In this document: positions 37,914-52,282 of the stretch, piece by piece
Layout of the letters: every line of letters begins with the position of its first letter
Numbering within the stretch: the stretch's first letter is position 1
NCBI RefSeq assembly: GCF_009834535.1
Contig: NC_045696.1
Coordinates: 68,884,001-68,948,000, forward strand
Source of the DNA: Camelus ferus
Taxonomy: Eukaryota
Direction: 5' to 3'
Length of the DNA stretch: 64,000 bases
Program-made: the position numbers and the translations under genes
Notes under the pieces: generated by a model
What the model was told of the DNA's origin: nothing
Database searches by the model: none
What the model saw: the letters and a program-made list of their open reading frames with translations, nothing else

Positions 37914-40900
37914 AAGGTAGATAGGCACTTCTGCTGGATACCAGTGGGGCCCTGGTATGGCTCAATCCAGGAAGCCCCAAGGGTTCAGAAAAAGAGAGAC
38001 AAGACCCTATTACAGGTGCAGTGCTCTGGGTCCACGAACAGCACAAGCCCAGAAACAGTCCAATACAAGATAAGGACACAGATAAATCTGGGAAGAAAGG
38101 ATAGTTCAGGCACTGGTTTGGGCACACAGAAGTAGCAGATTGGGGGAGAGAGGACTCGATTCATCCCTAAAGAAACGCTAGACAGACTTTTAAAAAAATA
38201 TTTATTATAAAAAAATATTTAATGATATGTGAAAGTTCTATCAGTATAATGTTAACTGAAGTTCAGGGCAAAAATACATTTTAAAAAATTTACATGTGAG
38301 AAAGAAAAGACTAAAAAAACCAAATAACATACCCTGGATGGTAGAATAATGAGTAATGGGAGTTCTCATTTCTTATAATTTTTTTGTATATTCCAAAATT
38401 TCTAAAATGTACATGCATTACTATTAGAGCTGGAAAAAAATTATAAAAATATAACTTTTAAATATAGTTCTATTTTTAGCTTTTATCAGCTTTCTTTTTT
38501 CTAATGGAATGCAGAAAAATAACAAAGAAAAAGTTTAATAGAGTCAGTGGCAAGAAAAGTCCAACTTCCATACAATAAAAAATACTGTACTAAAAAGGAA
38601 AAGAAGACAAGGTGTGAAACGCCTCATGCAGTACAAGCCGCCCAAAATAAACAAGCAATCAACACCAACAGATACATTACAAAACAGAAAACACAATTAA
38701 TGAGCGTATGAAGTCATGATTACTCTTAAGAGCAAACCAAGAGGCAACTGGAACATTAAGATACTAGTTTATCGAATTTACATTACCCAGCAGTTTTCAA
38801 AATAGTAATACTCATTGCCAGATTGTAATGAAAAAAGTGTATTTCAAGGGAGATGTAGAAATTACTTAAACTTTTTAAGAAAATAATCAGGCCACAGAAT
38901 TAAGAGCTCATGACTATTAACCACGTTATTGTACTTTCAAGAAATAAAACTGAGTAAATAATTCAAAGGGAGAAACGATCACATATTTCAGTTTCCTCAC
39001 GTGTAAAGTAACTCCATACCTTACACAGTTGTGGTGAGAACTGAAAGAGAATTAATGGGATGAAGAAGGAGTTTTATAAAGCAATACACACGGGCAAAAA
39101 GAAAAAACATTTTCAATTTAAAAATTACTTATAATGGTGTAAAATCTAAGGTTAACAGTTAAGCTTCCAGCAATAGGGAAATAGTTAAACTATAGTACGT
39201 CCACCAGATAGATTGTGTGTGAATTTAAGTAGCAACAAGAAAGAAAATGCTTAAAATATTGGAACCAAAAAAGTGAAACACAAAATGTCACCTGGGCGTA
39301 CATCATTATGACTAAAAGTTATGCCTGTCCAAGTAGCTAAAAAAAAATGTACATGGTTGAGACCTGAAAACAGCTGGTAAGCAAACTGAGAGGAGGTTAA
39401 ATTCTCATCTTTCAGTTTGACTTCCTTTATCATTCTGGGTATATTAATTGAGTAATTAAGGCAAAACTGTTGTGTTGAAAACACATTTCAGCCTCGCATA
39501 TCAGCTTGATACTCAATATTGGGCTGGTCTCGAAGCCTGTCCTCGGAGATGCAGCACTAACAGAACTAAGAGGAAGCCACCGTGGTCTTACATTGGCTCC
39601 GTCCCATGCACGACGAGGAAATCTTCTCTTGAAAGTGTGAGGTTCAGGCTGGGGGAATCTAAGCTTTTCATGACAGGCGGGCAGGCCCTGGGCATGATGG
39701 ACAGGGCAAAAGTGAGAGGTGCTGTTCTGTTCTTTGTCAGAAAATTCAGGGCTCTCCCTATCAATTTAGAGAAGCCCTGGCTTCCCAGCAGCCTCCTGGT
39801 AGAGTCAAAAAATGTCTCTGATCGCTAGCCCTCTTTCCATGTTTTGTAAGTTTCCTCTGTGGCATGAGAGTTTGTAATTATGCAAACATTCATAGTCTTA
39901 TCTGATTACCATTTGTGTGTTCCTACTAAAAATGTGAACTCTGTAAGTGCTGCCTTTCTTCACCCCTACCTTCAGTGCCTAAATGAATGCCTGGCACATG
40001 GTAGCTACTCAGTAACTATTTGTTGAACGAATGCATGAATGAGTGAATGAATGGGAGAAGTACTGCCAGCCCTTAAGAGGCCTTACCTCAGGCACCACTG
40101 ATGGAAAGCGTTCTTCCTGGCACCCTCACAGAGAGCACTGGGCAGCCACTGCACTGTGGATGACCACCCCCCACCACCTGCACACGCTGCTTCGCTGCCG
40201 TCCCCTCAGTGCTGTGAGCTGCTGGCACATGAGACTTTTGTTTGGGTTCAGTGCACAGACATCAGACGAGTACAGCGAACCCAGATCTTCCTCCCTCACA
40301 TCAACAGCATCAGCTCGGAACATCTCGTCCTCTAAGCTTAAAAACCACTCCCCACTCTTGATTTCCCAAAATCAACTGATTGAGACAAAAGCAGTGCAAC
40401 TGTTGATCTCTATCTACCGGAGGCGATGAGGGCCTTCCAAAAATAGTCAATGATGCTCATGAGACAGTAACAGCAGGGGACCTTCGACCAGGTGCGCAAG
40501 CGGTAACAGAACCCTCAAGTCTCTGGGGGAGAAATTTTAGCACTCACGACCATTATGGCTACCAAGTATTGAATACTAGCAGTGTGCTGAGCACTGAGGG
40601 TAGTTTAGTGGTTAAGACTGAGAATTCTGAAATAAGACTGAGCTGGGCAAGAGTCCAAACTCTGCCCCTCACCAGTTCCATGACCTTGGGCAAGCTATTC
40701 AAACCCCAGGGACTCAGCTTCTTTATCTGTAAAATGGGAATAATAGTAATGGAGCCTATCTCATGGGATTATTTAAATAATCAAGTTAGATAATACATCC
40801 AAAGGGACTGCAATATGGCCAGTGACAAACACCATCCACTTCACTTCATTTACTTCTCACCATCCTCTGTATGGATACCATTACTATCTGCATTTTACAA

Positions 40901-41689
40901 ATGCGGAGACCGAGACAAGGAAGATGAGTAATTTGCCCAGAGTAACTCAGCTGTGGCATTCCAAATGCCCCATGCTCTCTCATACATCTGCAGCCTGCAC
41001 ATAAAGTTCCTTCTGTATGAAATGTCCTCTCCCGCCCTGCTCACACACGGCCAGGACCACTCAGCCTCTGATACCAGCTCAAGTGCCCCGGACTCTGAAG
41101 AGATCATCATGACTCTGCCAGGCCTGTGCTCTCCTCAGACTCCATGATGTTTACTTGTTTGCAGGTCTGTCCCAGCCTTTAAGATTTATCTCTCGTCCCT
41201 TGCATCTAGCCAGGCTTGGTGCCATAACCGGGAAGTGCCCAATCACATTTGAATGAATGAATGAAGTTAGCTCCAACACCACCCCTCCCCACTCCCAACA
41301 TCCTTCACTTGTTACAGTCACCCCCACCACCCACCCAGCCATCACCTTCCATTACTGGAGTCCGCCAGACGGCACTGTCACTCCAGAAGTTCATTCTGTC
41401 TGTTGGATACACTGAGCAACGAGAAATTCATCACCTCCCCAGGTCACATGTGGCTGTGTGAGCAGCATGCCTCTTAAGAAGAAAGGTCTTAAAATGAAAA
41501 TTAATCAACATCCCTGTGAAAATAAACCCAGTGATTTAAGCTCTGCTCTCTGGAGCCGCAGACTCAGAATGAAAACCAAGAACGCTTGCTGAGCCTGTGC
41601 TCAGTGCTGGTGGGAACTTCACGTGCACCCCCTCACTTCATCCCGGCAGCAGCCCTGTGCGGGCCATACCACCTCCTGCCTGCCTTGTT

Positions 41690-43860
41690 GCATCTTCTCC
41701 TCCACCCAGGACGCTCTTCATTCCTTGAATGCTCGAGCTCCTGGCTCACTATCATTCTCTCCAACACTATTGCTGTCGTAACTCTTGGTGATATTTCCAT
41801 CCACTTACAGACTTATTCTAGTCCCCTGGTCTCTCAGTTCTTTGATCTCCTCTACTCCGATGATTGTGACCTCGGTAACAAGGTCCTGTCTTTGATCTTG
41901 TCATTTCCTCACCATGACTCCCACCTCTGCAGCTTAGTCCAACAACGTTCTACCACCATCTCACTGTCTCTCGCTTCCTTCATACCCCCTTCCCTTCCTG
42001 TCCAGCTTAAATTCCGTGGTCAATCACTCAATTGACCTCTCTTATCACACAGGATTGGAGAAACCCCCATTCTGGTTAAATCCAACTCTGTCCTCCTCCA
42101 CACCTGCCAGCATGCAGCTGAACATGGCTAGAGAGTATCACACAATGATGCTCACTGACTTCACTTCAAGTTCATGATCACGAACTGCAAGTAGCTCCTT
42201 AATGCTTCAAGCAATCATAGGCTATTTTTCCAGACAGTTCCTCTATTACTCTCCTAGAGGACCATATGGCTTCCTCCCCTTGAAAACTCCTTCTTATCCT
42301 TACCCTCCCCTGATGAACTTGCTACTTATTCACAGAGAAAAAAGGAAGCTACCAGAATAGGATTTCCACATGCATGCCTTTGTGCCACAGCTATCCACCA
42401 TACCTACATTTATGCCCAAATGATCTTGTTACTGCAAGTAAATTGGCTGCACCCAACACTTGCAATATCCAACATTAATCCACTAGATCCTGCACACTCT
42501 TATCTACTTAAGGACATTCTTTTAAAATCCTTTTTACTTCAATAGGTATTCGTCTCTCAAAGATCATGCTCATCAGCATATAGTCATGCTATTATTTCTC
42601 CTATCTTAAAAAAAGGAAACCTCTCTTCATTGAGGCAGCCACCACCGGACCGTGATCAGTCTTAGCATCACTCACAATGGGACACCTAGACAGTTTATGC
42701 CTTCTGATGGGAGACAATGTGAAGGACACAGCATCACCTATGAAAACTTCTTGCCCAAACTGTTTAACCTGCATCTGATCAAGTCTTTATAAGCAATTCC
42801 AGTTTTTAGGAAATAAAGGAGAAAGAAGAACAAGTTAAAAGACACCGTAAGTTATCGGGTAAATCCAGAAAGTGGGACATTCTACGGAACAACTGAACTC
42901 GTTTCATCAACAAGTCAGTGGGCATGAAAAACAAACGGCTTAAAAGACAAAACAATCACATGCAGTCTGCAGACCTTTAGTATGAACAAAACAGCACTGG
43001 GGACAAATGGGGATATTTGAATATAGACTGGGTATTATGCAATATTAAGAAATCATTGTTAGTTTTGTTAGGCCTATTATTATATTATGATCATATATGT
43101 GGTTATGTTAAAAAAAAAAAAAAAGTCCTATGCATGTGAAGTAGAGATGAAATCTACTTTAAAATACTTCAGCCAGAAAATAAAGCAAATACGAAAAAAT
43201 GCAATGTAATTTTTCCAAATATGTTCAAATTAAGCTACGTAAGGAACAAGAGTGATCTGTAGACTCTTCTTAGACAGTATCATTTGGAATTGGGGGAGCT
43301 TGAAGAGCCTGAAGAAAACGGTTATGGTAGACCACGTTTCTTTTCTACTGAAGGGATTAACTGAAAAAGATAAATGACATTATGAAGTCAAATATTAAGC
43401 CATTGCATGAGCTCTAAGTAAGCTCCATTTTCCTGTCCCTCCCACAAAATCTCTTGACCTCATTTCACTTTCCAGCCCCTGCCCTTCTTCTTTCCTTTAA
43501 AGTAAAACTCCTTGAAAGAACAGTCTAGAGTCACTGTTCCCGATCTCTCTCACTTGAACCCATTCCATCAGGCCGCCTCCACCTCCACGAAGCTGCTCTT
43601 GCCATGCCCCCAGAGACCACCGTGGCCTCCATATTGCCAGTCAGACGGTCAGTGTTCAGTCTATCTCATTCAGCCCCCCAGCCGCATTTTGCACAGTTGG
43701 TCGTCTCCTCCTTCTGGCTTCCAAAACCTATATTTTTCTGGGTTTTGTCTACCTTACTGGTCACTCCGTCTCAGTAGCCTCTGTGACTGGTCCGTCTTCA
43801 TTTCTCCCACCTCCACACACTACAGAGCCCCCCAGGCTCTGGACTTTGCTCCAGCGACAC
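41690..43860 (+). mobile_element. L2 LINE relic (ORF2 endonuclease to RT-proximal region), split by an L1ME-like fragment at about 42630-43200
   Basis: ORF 41586..42035 retains SSWLTIILSNTIAVVTLGDISIH...SQFFDLL, a decayed APE LGDFNxH motif. L2-typical pyrimidine-rich sequence resumes at about 43445. Confidence 0.65.
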
Positions 43861-44149
43861 TTGCTCTCTGCTGGATGTGGGCACCCTGTGGTCTGTTTCC
43901 CCTCTACCCAGTCTGTAGTTTGCATTCAAAACATGTTTGTTGACGGGCACTAAAATGAGTTCAGGCAGCAGGTTCCACCCGTGAGTTTCTACAGAAAGGA
44001 AGTCCCTAATAATTGGAAACAAAGACAAAACAGTAGGGCTGGGATTGGGAGACAGTAGAATAAAACACTGCACTCACTTTGCTATTTACTCTATCATCTC
44101 CAATCTGTAGAGGGGAGGCAGCATTGCACAGAAGGATGATGATCAGATT

Positions 44150-44313
44150 CAGAGCACATTATTAAAATTACTTGTTAAAGTGCAGATTCCTGAATTCGAC
44201 CTCAGTCATTCTGATCCAAGCAGTCTGGGATGGGGCTCAGAAACCTGCATTTAGCACCCCAGGTGATTCTGACCCAAGTGGTCCCATCGATGCACCATGC
44301 TCTGAGAAACACG
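44150..44313. mobile_element. MER5A/B-like hAT-Charlie MITE
   Basis: CTTGTTAAAGTGCAGATTCCTG...GGGATGGGGCTCAGAAACCTGCATTT...CCCCAGGTGATTCTGA...TGAGAAACAC. Confidence 0.75.
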
Positions 44314-46052
44314 GAGCTTAGGACAATGTTACTCGAAGTGAGATCTGCAGTGCTAGTATGAGAAAGTCTTATCAAGATCCAGGATGGGAAAAGTATAGTA
44401 ATTGAGGGGTGTGCTGACAATTTAACAACAGACTTCATCACTGTTTTGGCTAAGAATTATGGCCCTTTTACCACATGCTAAATGATTTATGCACAGGAGA
44501 TCTCCTGTAACCGGGCAAAGCTCACTTCACCCCTGCAGCAGCGGTCATGCTTTGGGGGTGCTGCTGGCTGACGCCCCACGGTTGTGGGCAAAGGCAGTGC
44601 AGGCTGCTGCCGCTCATGGCCCCCCAGCTCCTGGCCGCTGGGCTCTATGGGCGGGAGCCAGCAGAGGTCAAAACACTAAGAGTTGTGTCAACACATTTCT
44701 GACAAATCACAATTTTACTCAAAAGGACAGGAAAAAGTCAGAAACACAATAAGCAACGGAAACCAACCTGTATTTGGCAAATCTAAGAAGTGAGTGAAAG
44801 GAAGCCAGGAGACTTCGCAGCTGCCTTTACAAGTGTTTACCTGGGGACCGGCCCGGCTGCCAGGCTAACGGTGGGGAGGGGGAAATCCTGCCCAGATCAA
44901 AGTCCTGAAGATAAAGGGGCCTTCATTCCTGCCTGCCCCAACTGTTCCAGACCCAGGCTGCAAAAAAAGGGTCTCTTAACAGAGATTAGATCTTTTCCCA
45001 AAGAGGCAGGCACTGATGGAGAAGATTATGAAACGGCGGAGTACATTACCCTGAGGTTATCAAAAAATGTGGAGAACAGAACTTTTTCTGGCAGGGGCGG
45101 GGAGGGTGGGGGAAGGTCCTGAGTGCCCACCACAGATAGGGCAGTGGTCCTGGCCACTCAGAACAAGTAAGGAGAGCTCTGAACTCAGGACGAGCGGAGC
45201 CATGGCAGAGGAAAATCACCGGCTATTTGCCACTGTCTTCAACCTTATGCCTTTAGCAGACATGTATTGGTAGTAATATTTGCCTTCCAATTTGACAGGT
45301 GCCTGGCAGAAAGCAGGCACTTCACACTCCATCAGCTCCCTCTCTGTATGACACCCTCTCCCCAGGACAAGCAGCAGAAGCCCCAGCCGGCATCTCCCCC
45401 AATCTTACCAACTAAGACCAGTCTGCTCCACTCCGCAGGTGGGGGTAAGCCGAGGAGGAAGGAACAAAACAGGCCTATTAAGGAGGGTTGAATCACCACT
45501 ACGCTCCTCCCAAGCAACAGGCCCACCCCTCTTTCCTCCACACCCCACACCCCACAGAGACGTAGAGAGAAGAGAAAATAGGCCTCAGCAAAAAAAAAAA
45601 AAAACTATTTCACCTCCTCCTAATCTTGAAAAAAAGTCTGCAGTATGGAAAGTTTTTACACATACAAAAAAGGGACAGAGAATAGCATATCGAACCTCCC
45701 AGTGTTCAAAACTCAGCTCCAAGGATTACCGACGTTTTGCCAATCTGGTTTCCTCTCTCCTCCACCCCCTTTCTTTCCTGGAGTCATTTAAAGCAAATGC
45801 CAGACTTCCTATCAGTTCCCTGCACCAGCTCTTCGCAACTGGGGTTTCATGAAAAAATTAAGCCTTACTGTCTTAAGACATCCATTATGTAATGAATTAA
45901 TCTTCCCCCTGGCATCTAGAATAGTGTTAGCCATGTACCATCCTTGGGAGAACTGAGACCATGGGCCCTCAGATCAGTGTCTGTGGGGCTGAACTCTCTA
46001 ATACTAACTGCCCCACCCGCACATGCTGGGTTCTTCCAGAAAATATGTGGGA

Positions 46053-46054
<2 letters not shown>

Positions 46055-46094
<40 letters not shown>

Positions 46095-46101
46095 ACACAC
46101 A
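46055..46101. repeat. (AC)n microsatellite with one interruption
   Basis: About 23 dinucleotide units, seen directly. Confidence 0.95.
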
Positions 46102-47242
46102 ACCACACTGCCATTGTCACCCAATATCCATTCCACTTTCAAACTTTTACCAATTCTCTCAAAAATGTCTTTTACACTAAATTTCTTAAATAAAGATCCA
46201 AACAAGGCAGGCACATTTTGTTTAGATGATATGCCCCTCTTAACTCTCTTTTATCTGTAACAGCTCCCCTACTCCCTTATATATCATGAAAAAGAAACAA
46301 AATATTTGTTGAAAAAAACTAAGTCACTTGTCCTGTGGAACAGGCCATGGACTGAATTGGGCTGACAACCTCCTCAGGGTATTAACTCACTCCTCTCTGC
46401 TCTCCATTTCTCGTGAACCTAGTGTTAGATTCCAGGCCTTGCTGAGATTCAGGGGTTTCAAGCTCAAGGGTTCTCCCAGTGTTTTTATATTTAAGAGAAG
46501 TGAAGTCCTGGTCATCTGAGGGAGTTTGGGGTGGGGAAGCGAACTGGAAGGCCCGAGCTCCTCCGAGCTGCTGTGGTCCCCAAGCCTGTAAGAACACACA
46601 CTGACACTCACAATGGGTTCATTCAGAGAGCAAATGCTTCTTTTCTACTGTGAGTCAAAGTGGAGATATGACAGTGCAGAAAGCAGACAGACATCCCTAA
46701 CCCCCAAGACTATGTCTTCCGGTGAGGAGTAAGTAAAGGGTAAAACTACATAAATAAATCTGCAGTGCCCTGTAAGGGGATAACTGCTATGCAGAAAATT
46801 AAAGCAGGGAAGACGGAGGAGGGCTGATCAATTTTAAATTGCACCAGCAGAGAAAGCGTCACTGAGAAGGCATTTGAGCCACGACTGCAGGGAGGTGAAT
46901 GAGGGCTCGTGCAAATTTTTGAGGGGAGAGGGTTCCAGGCAGAGGGAACAGGAAAATCCCTAGGCAGGGGCAAGCCTGCCTGTTGCAAGAACAGGAACAT
47001 CACTGAGGCCTGGAGGAGAGACGGCAAGGAGAGCAGCACACAATGCGGCTCACACACGCGGCAGGTCACGCAGGGTCTTATGTGTAAGGATTCTAGCTTT
47101 CACTCTCAATGAGACTCGGCTGACTTATGCCTGAAAGGGGTCATTCTGGCTGCTGCACTGAGAATCAACAGTGGTAGGTGGTAGGTTGGGGAAGGTTAAA
47201 AAAAAAATTAAAAAAGGAAAGCCTTTCAAGAGGCTATTGCAA

Positions 47243-47367
47243 AGTGATTCAGTTATACACATATTGCTGTACATGTGAAACTAACATTGTAAATCGACTA
47301 CACTTAAATAAAAATAAGAATTTTTTAAATTTTTAAAATAAAAATCAAATTTTTTTTTTTTTTTAAA
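47243..47367 (+). mobile_element. Very short L1 3' tip inserted in an L2 relic (about 46690-47400)
   Basis: GCTGTACATGTGAAACTAACATTGTAAATCGACTACACTTAAATAAAA with an A/T-rich tail. 15-bp TSD AAGAGGC(T/C)ATTGCAA at 47228-47242 and 47368-47382. Confidence 0.8.
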
Positions 47368-50300
47368 AAGAGGCCATTGCAACAATCCAAGTGAGAAAGG
47401 CCCAGGATCCCATTTACTGAACTCTGCCTCGGCACTAGCATTTTATGTCACTAAATTTAATTCTTAGCACCACCCCCGTGGGGTTGGGTGTTAACTATCC
47501 TCTTTTATAAATGAAGAAACTGAAGCCCAGAGAGTTTAAGCCGTTTGCTCAAGATGCTATAAACAGTCAGGCTGGGGTGTGAGCCAGCCTGTTCTAACCC
47601 ACGAGCTTGGTCATCCTATCCAACATATGTTCCTCTTCTCTGGGCCCTTGAGATGGCCCCGAAGAGTCTGTCTGCTTTACCAGGTCAACCACTGTTGCCA
47701 GGAACTATCTCGGCCCTTCTAGTGACACCTCTTTACTCTGCCCCAATCGCCACCTCCTTAACCTCTCAGTGCACCAACCTCACCCTCATCCATACTTTAG
47801 GGCCCAAAACATTGGTCCCTGCTAGAGACCTTGACACTGCATTGCCCTCAGAAGGTACATCAGCCAACCATAACGCCTCCAAGAAGTCGTCCGTGTGTCC
47901 TGGCCTCCAGAAACCTCCCCATAATGGACTCCCATGTCGCTAAGATCATAAACACTTAATTTGTGTCACCTGAGTTGCTACTTAACTCTGCAATGACACC
48001 TCTTCCTGTTTCCTCCTATTGGTGATGGCTGATCGCCCTACCAAAAGCATGCTCTCTCTGCCATATAGTGTTGTTGCTTAAAGTGGTGGCCCAGCCAGGA
48101 ATTACATTTTTCAACAAATGTGAATACATACATACACACACACATCCTGCAACTAGGTGGGACCAGGACCATCTGACTGGTTATCAGCAATAAAATATGA
48201 GCAAAAATGACATGTGTCACTTCTGGGCAACGTGCTTAAGAAGTGACTCTGTTGTGACAGCTAACATTACTGTAACTGAAAGAGCCACTACGTAGAGACT
48301 CTCTATATTTATTTCTACTGGTGTTCAGTAGAATTCTGAGAATTCACCAGAATTCTCAGCTGTAGCTTTCTCATCATCTACACAGTTCTTTGTTCCCAGC
48401 GTTTGTTAGCACAGTGAAGCAGAAGCCCCCCTTAATTTAGTCAAAGCCAACGATTCCTAAATTCCTCCACATCAAGCACCTCTCGTACTTGTTTCCTCCT
48501 GCTATGATCCAAGGTTTCAAAGATGTTGTCAGCCAAATTTAACTAAGAATTGGAGTTCTTGTTATCAAAGACAAAAATGTTGCCACCAATAAGAGGCTGA
48601 CCAGCTGAGATTGTCACTGTTATTACAATCAGGTGATACAAGTTTAGCTTGATACAAAGAAACTCGATGATCCCCTTGACCTGTGCAGGTTTGTTGGGAT
48701 AAATGTGTTTCTTGCATCTGAGTTTTTGAAATACTGAAAGTGTCTAGCGGGTCTCTGGAAACCCTGGACAAGGAATTCTGGTTCATCCATGGCCTGAAAC
48801 TTACCCCAATTCAATCGTAACTTTCTGATTCCAGCTGGCCTCCTAAAAAACAGGTTCTACTTGTTGACTAGACATGGAAGGATGCTTTAAAAAACTACCC
48901 CCAAATGCACCCAACTAGACAAAATTAAGGCTGTAGTCTAAGCTTATCTGGAATAATCTGGCTCCTCAGTGCTTAAAAATTAGGAGACCAGCAACGTAAA
49001 CCGAGAGTTGTACTGCCTGCCACATCAAAGACACAAGCCTCCCTCCCGTCATCAGCTGAAAGCAGGGCAGCAGTTACATCAGAAAGGTGCCCCCTGGACA
49101 GAACAGGGGGGCTGTGACAGCCAGGCAGGGTGCTCAGCTGCCCAGAGCTCTCATGCGCTAAAGAGCAAAGGAGGACCAAATGGCAACAGCAGAGGACGGG
49201 AAGAGAGCTCCTGAAAGAACAAAGGTGAAGAACTTTCTCTTAAACCTTGGTAACAAGGGTCAGATGACCTACATCTCTCCAAGGCCCAGTTTGACCTGAG
49301 TCCTTAGTGAGAACAACGATGTCTGCTAATGTTGTCTTAAATATAATTTCCTGCAGAAACTCTCAGGCTAGGGACTGTGGCTTTTTTTCTTCCACGTGGC
49401 TTGACCTGTTGGGCAGGAGGAAGTCGGGGCCAGAGTTCCTTCACACCAGAATCACCACCGTGATCGGCCTCTCCTTAAAGTCCCCAGGGTGATGGCTGTC
49501 TATCCCTCTCACCTTAGCAAACTGACCTCATTCCCAGGACCAGCCCAAGGCCAAATGGGCTACCACGTGAAGAGAAAAGGGAAGACAATGTAGAGGAGAA
49601 AGAGTTTGACCAAGTCTGTCCTTGGAGGAGCTCCCGACCCCTCATCCCACAGCCCTGAAGTTCAGTGTGGGCGAAGGAACCACTTAGAACACTGTCTCTC
49701 CATCCTGCCTGAGCATTAACTGCACCTAGGGAGCACTTAAACAATACAGATGCCTAATATTCTCCTCAGGAGATTGTGAGTTAATCGGTCTGAACCAGTA
49801 ACCATGAACAGAGGCCTTGAAGAATGTGACATTCACAGGAGAGTGGTCTTAGGCAGAATAGAAGGATCAGGCCTTCCCGGGGAAGAGAGGAGAGGGGACA
49901 ATGCCAGTTCAGCCCAGGTGGACCTGGCCAATGAGTCAACACATGGGCTCAGGCATCCTCAGTCCCTACTTAGCAGGGGCTCTTCCACAGTCCAGGGAGC
50001 TCGCTGCCCCGTGACGGCCCAGAGCTGCTGGGGACGTGGGGTGGTGGGACCTCAGCTTCAGTCAAGTCTCCAGGAATTTCATACCAAATGTCATCAACTC
50101 TGGGCTCCCCACCCAAAGGGGAGGCGTGAATAATTCCCGTCTGTTGTGTGGCTGGGGTGGGAAGTGGGGGAGTCAATACTAACAGCCCTTGCATGGAGGC
50201 GGGCCTTTCACAGTTCCTTCCTCCCAGCGATGACCCGAACTGGGCGCCAGATGACCCTGCGTGGCTGAGAACCCACCCCCTGGGGGAGAGCGCGCTGCAC

Positions 50301-50640
50301 TCGCGCGGCCCCAGGCCAGGGCTCTCGGCCCCTGGTCATTCCCTCCTAGGAGGCAGGGCGGCTCTCTGGGGTGTCTTACATCTCCCTCCCTCCCACCTCA
50401 CATACCCAAAGACCACTTTATATCTGCACCTGTGGTGGCAGTCGGCAGGTTCGGATATGTCTTCAGAGGCCAGACCTCAGCTCTCCCTAATCCCACCCCC
50501 AAGACCCCTCTCTCCACTGTCCTCTGAGGCCGGCACTGTTATCACTCCCTCTGCACAGACGAGGAAGCTGACTCTCAAAGGGATGAAGGGGCTTTTGCTA
50601 GTGAGTGGCAGCGCCAAGACTTGAACCCAGAGCTGCCCAG

Positions 50641-50766
50641 TTTTTTTTTTTTTTTTTTGGTTGGGGGTGGGTAATTAGGTTTATTTATTTGTTTAGAGGA
50701 GATACTGTGGATTGAACCCAGGACCTGGTACATGGTAAGCATGCTCTACCAGTACACCCTCCCCCT
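50641..50766 (-). mobile_element. tRNA-derived SINE (Vic-1-like, small internal deletions) inserted in a MIR
   Basis: Minus-strand head GGGGGAGGGTGTAC...GGTCCTGGGTTCAATCC and an A18 tail. Degenerate TSD AGAGCTG at 50629 and 50767. Confidence 0.8.
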
Positions 50767-52135
50767 AGAGCTGTCTGAATCTAAGGACCATGCCTGTACT
50801 CAACATTGATCTTGTTGGACTGTGACACTCTCTCAGCCACAGCCATACCCACCTAATCACAGAAGCAAGCAGTTTCAGTTAAAAGGGAAACCAACGGTGC
50901 TGGAGTTCCAAGCCCAAGGCATGCCAAGGATGCTAGACACTTGACATGTTATCTCACTGAATCCTTTAGCAGCCCTGGACGGTTGTTATCATTACAGTGG
51001 ACCTTTGGCATGTACAGAGTCAACATTTGGGATTTTGACAATTTCAGAACCCCAAAGGTCCTGGACACAAAACAGTCTGAGTTTTCTCAGCTGGGATGTA
51101 TGTGCAACAGAAAGGTGACAGGAGCCAGTCCTGTAGTCTGTGAGAGAGCTCACCCTGAGACCCAGGGTGCAGGGAGTTCTGAGCCCTTTCTCTCTCAGGA
51201 TGTGAAAGAAATAACTGTTTGCCTGTGAACTACAGCTCCCAAAGAAGGCAAGCTGCTAGTCCACATTAAGGAAAGTTTACACTCAATATGAATTTCTTTT
51301 AATAGATGTATAAATGCCTACGGCTCCACATTCATGATTAGTAAGGGACAGAACACACTTCAGCTCCTCAGTTGTGCATGGCTGCATCCGTGGGGGGATT
51401 ATGTGCTCTGACAGCACGTGCATGAGGTCCTCACCTGTCAAGTGAGCTAGGGCTCTGGTCAGTAAATGAGAACTTGGTAACAATGAAGATGATACTGAAA
51501 ATTTTCAAAGATCTCCAGAGAACCCTCTCAACAATGTTGAATCTACCATGTCAACATTTTATAGAAGAGGAAAGAAACAGGCTGGCGGAGCCTTATATGA
51601 CTTGCCCAAGAATGTCTGGCTCTAAAGCCAGTGCACTTCCCTCCCCTACAAGTCAACAGCAAGTCATCAAAAAAGTACCAAACCCTGAAAGCTGACTTAA
51701 TCACAGAATGACTCAGGAGGGTGGAGGGAAAAGGAGGAGGACCACACAAGGGAGAGGGTTGCCCCTGGGCTCCCCACCCTCCCTCTAACTCCCCAGTGGC
51801 GCTGGCCTGGGGGTGCCACAGTGGTGAGCTTACCTTTTGACCACATCTGTTCAGATCAATCAATTCAACCAAGATGCCCATAACTGTGGGCTCAGAACAG
51901 AAGGCCCAGAGGTAAGTGTTACTCCCCCTGCCCTCAAGATGCTAACCGTCAAATACCACGAGAAATCAAAGACCCAAATACCTAACCTAACACACAACTT
52001 ATCTTGTCCGTTTCCCCCGCTAGGCAGAGAGCACCTGAACCACCTAATTACCTCTGTGTTCCCAGGACTGTGAGCATCAGGTGGGTGAGCTGGGCAGTCA
52101 TTGGGCATGTAGCGCAGAGCAGATAAAAAGCTTCA

Positions 52136-52282
52136 AGGGTGAGGGTACAGCTCCTTGAGAAGGATACAGCTCCATGGTAGAGTGAATGCCTAGCATGCAC
52201 AAGGCCCTGGGTTCAATCCCCATGACCTCCATTAACAATAAACAAATAAACACCTAACTTGCCTCCCCACAAAAATAAATAA
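52136..52282 (+). mobile_element. tRNA-derived SINE (Vic-1-like) with a duplicated 5' head
   Basis: B box GGTTCAATCCC and family tail. Perfect 13-bp TSD ATAAAAAGCTTCA at 52123-52135 and 52283-52295. Confidence 0.88.
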
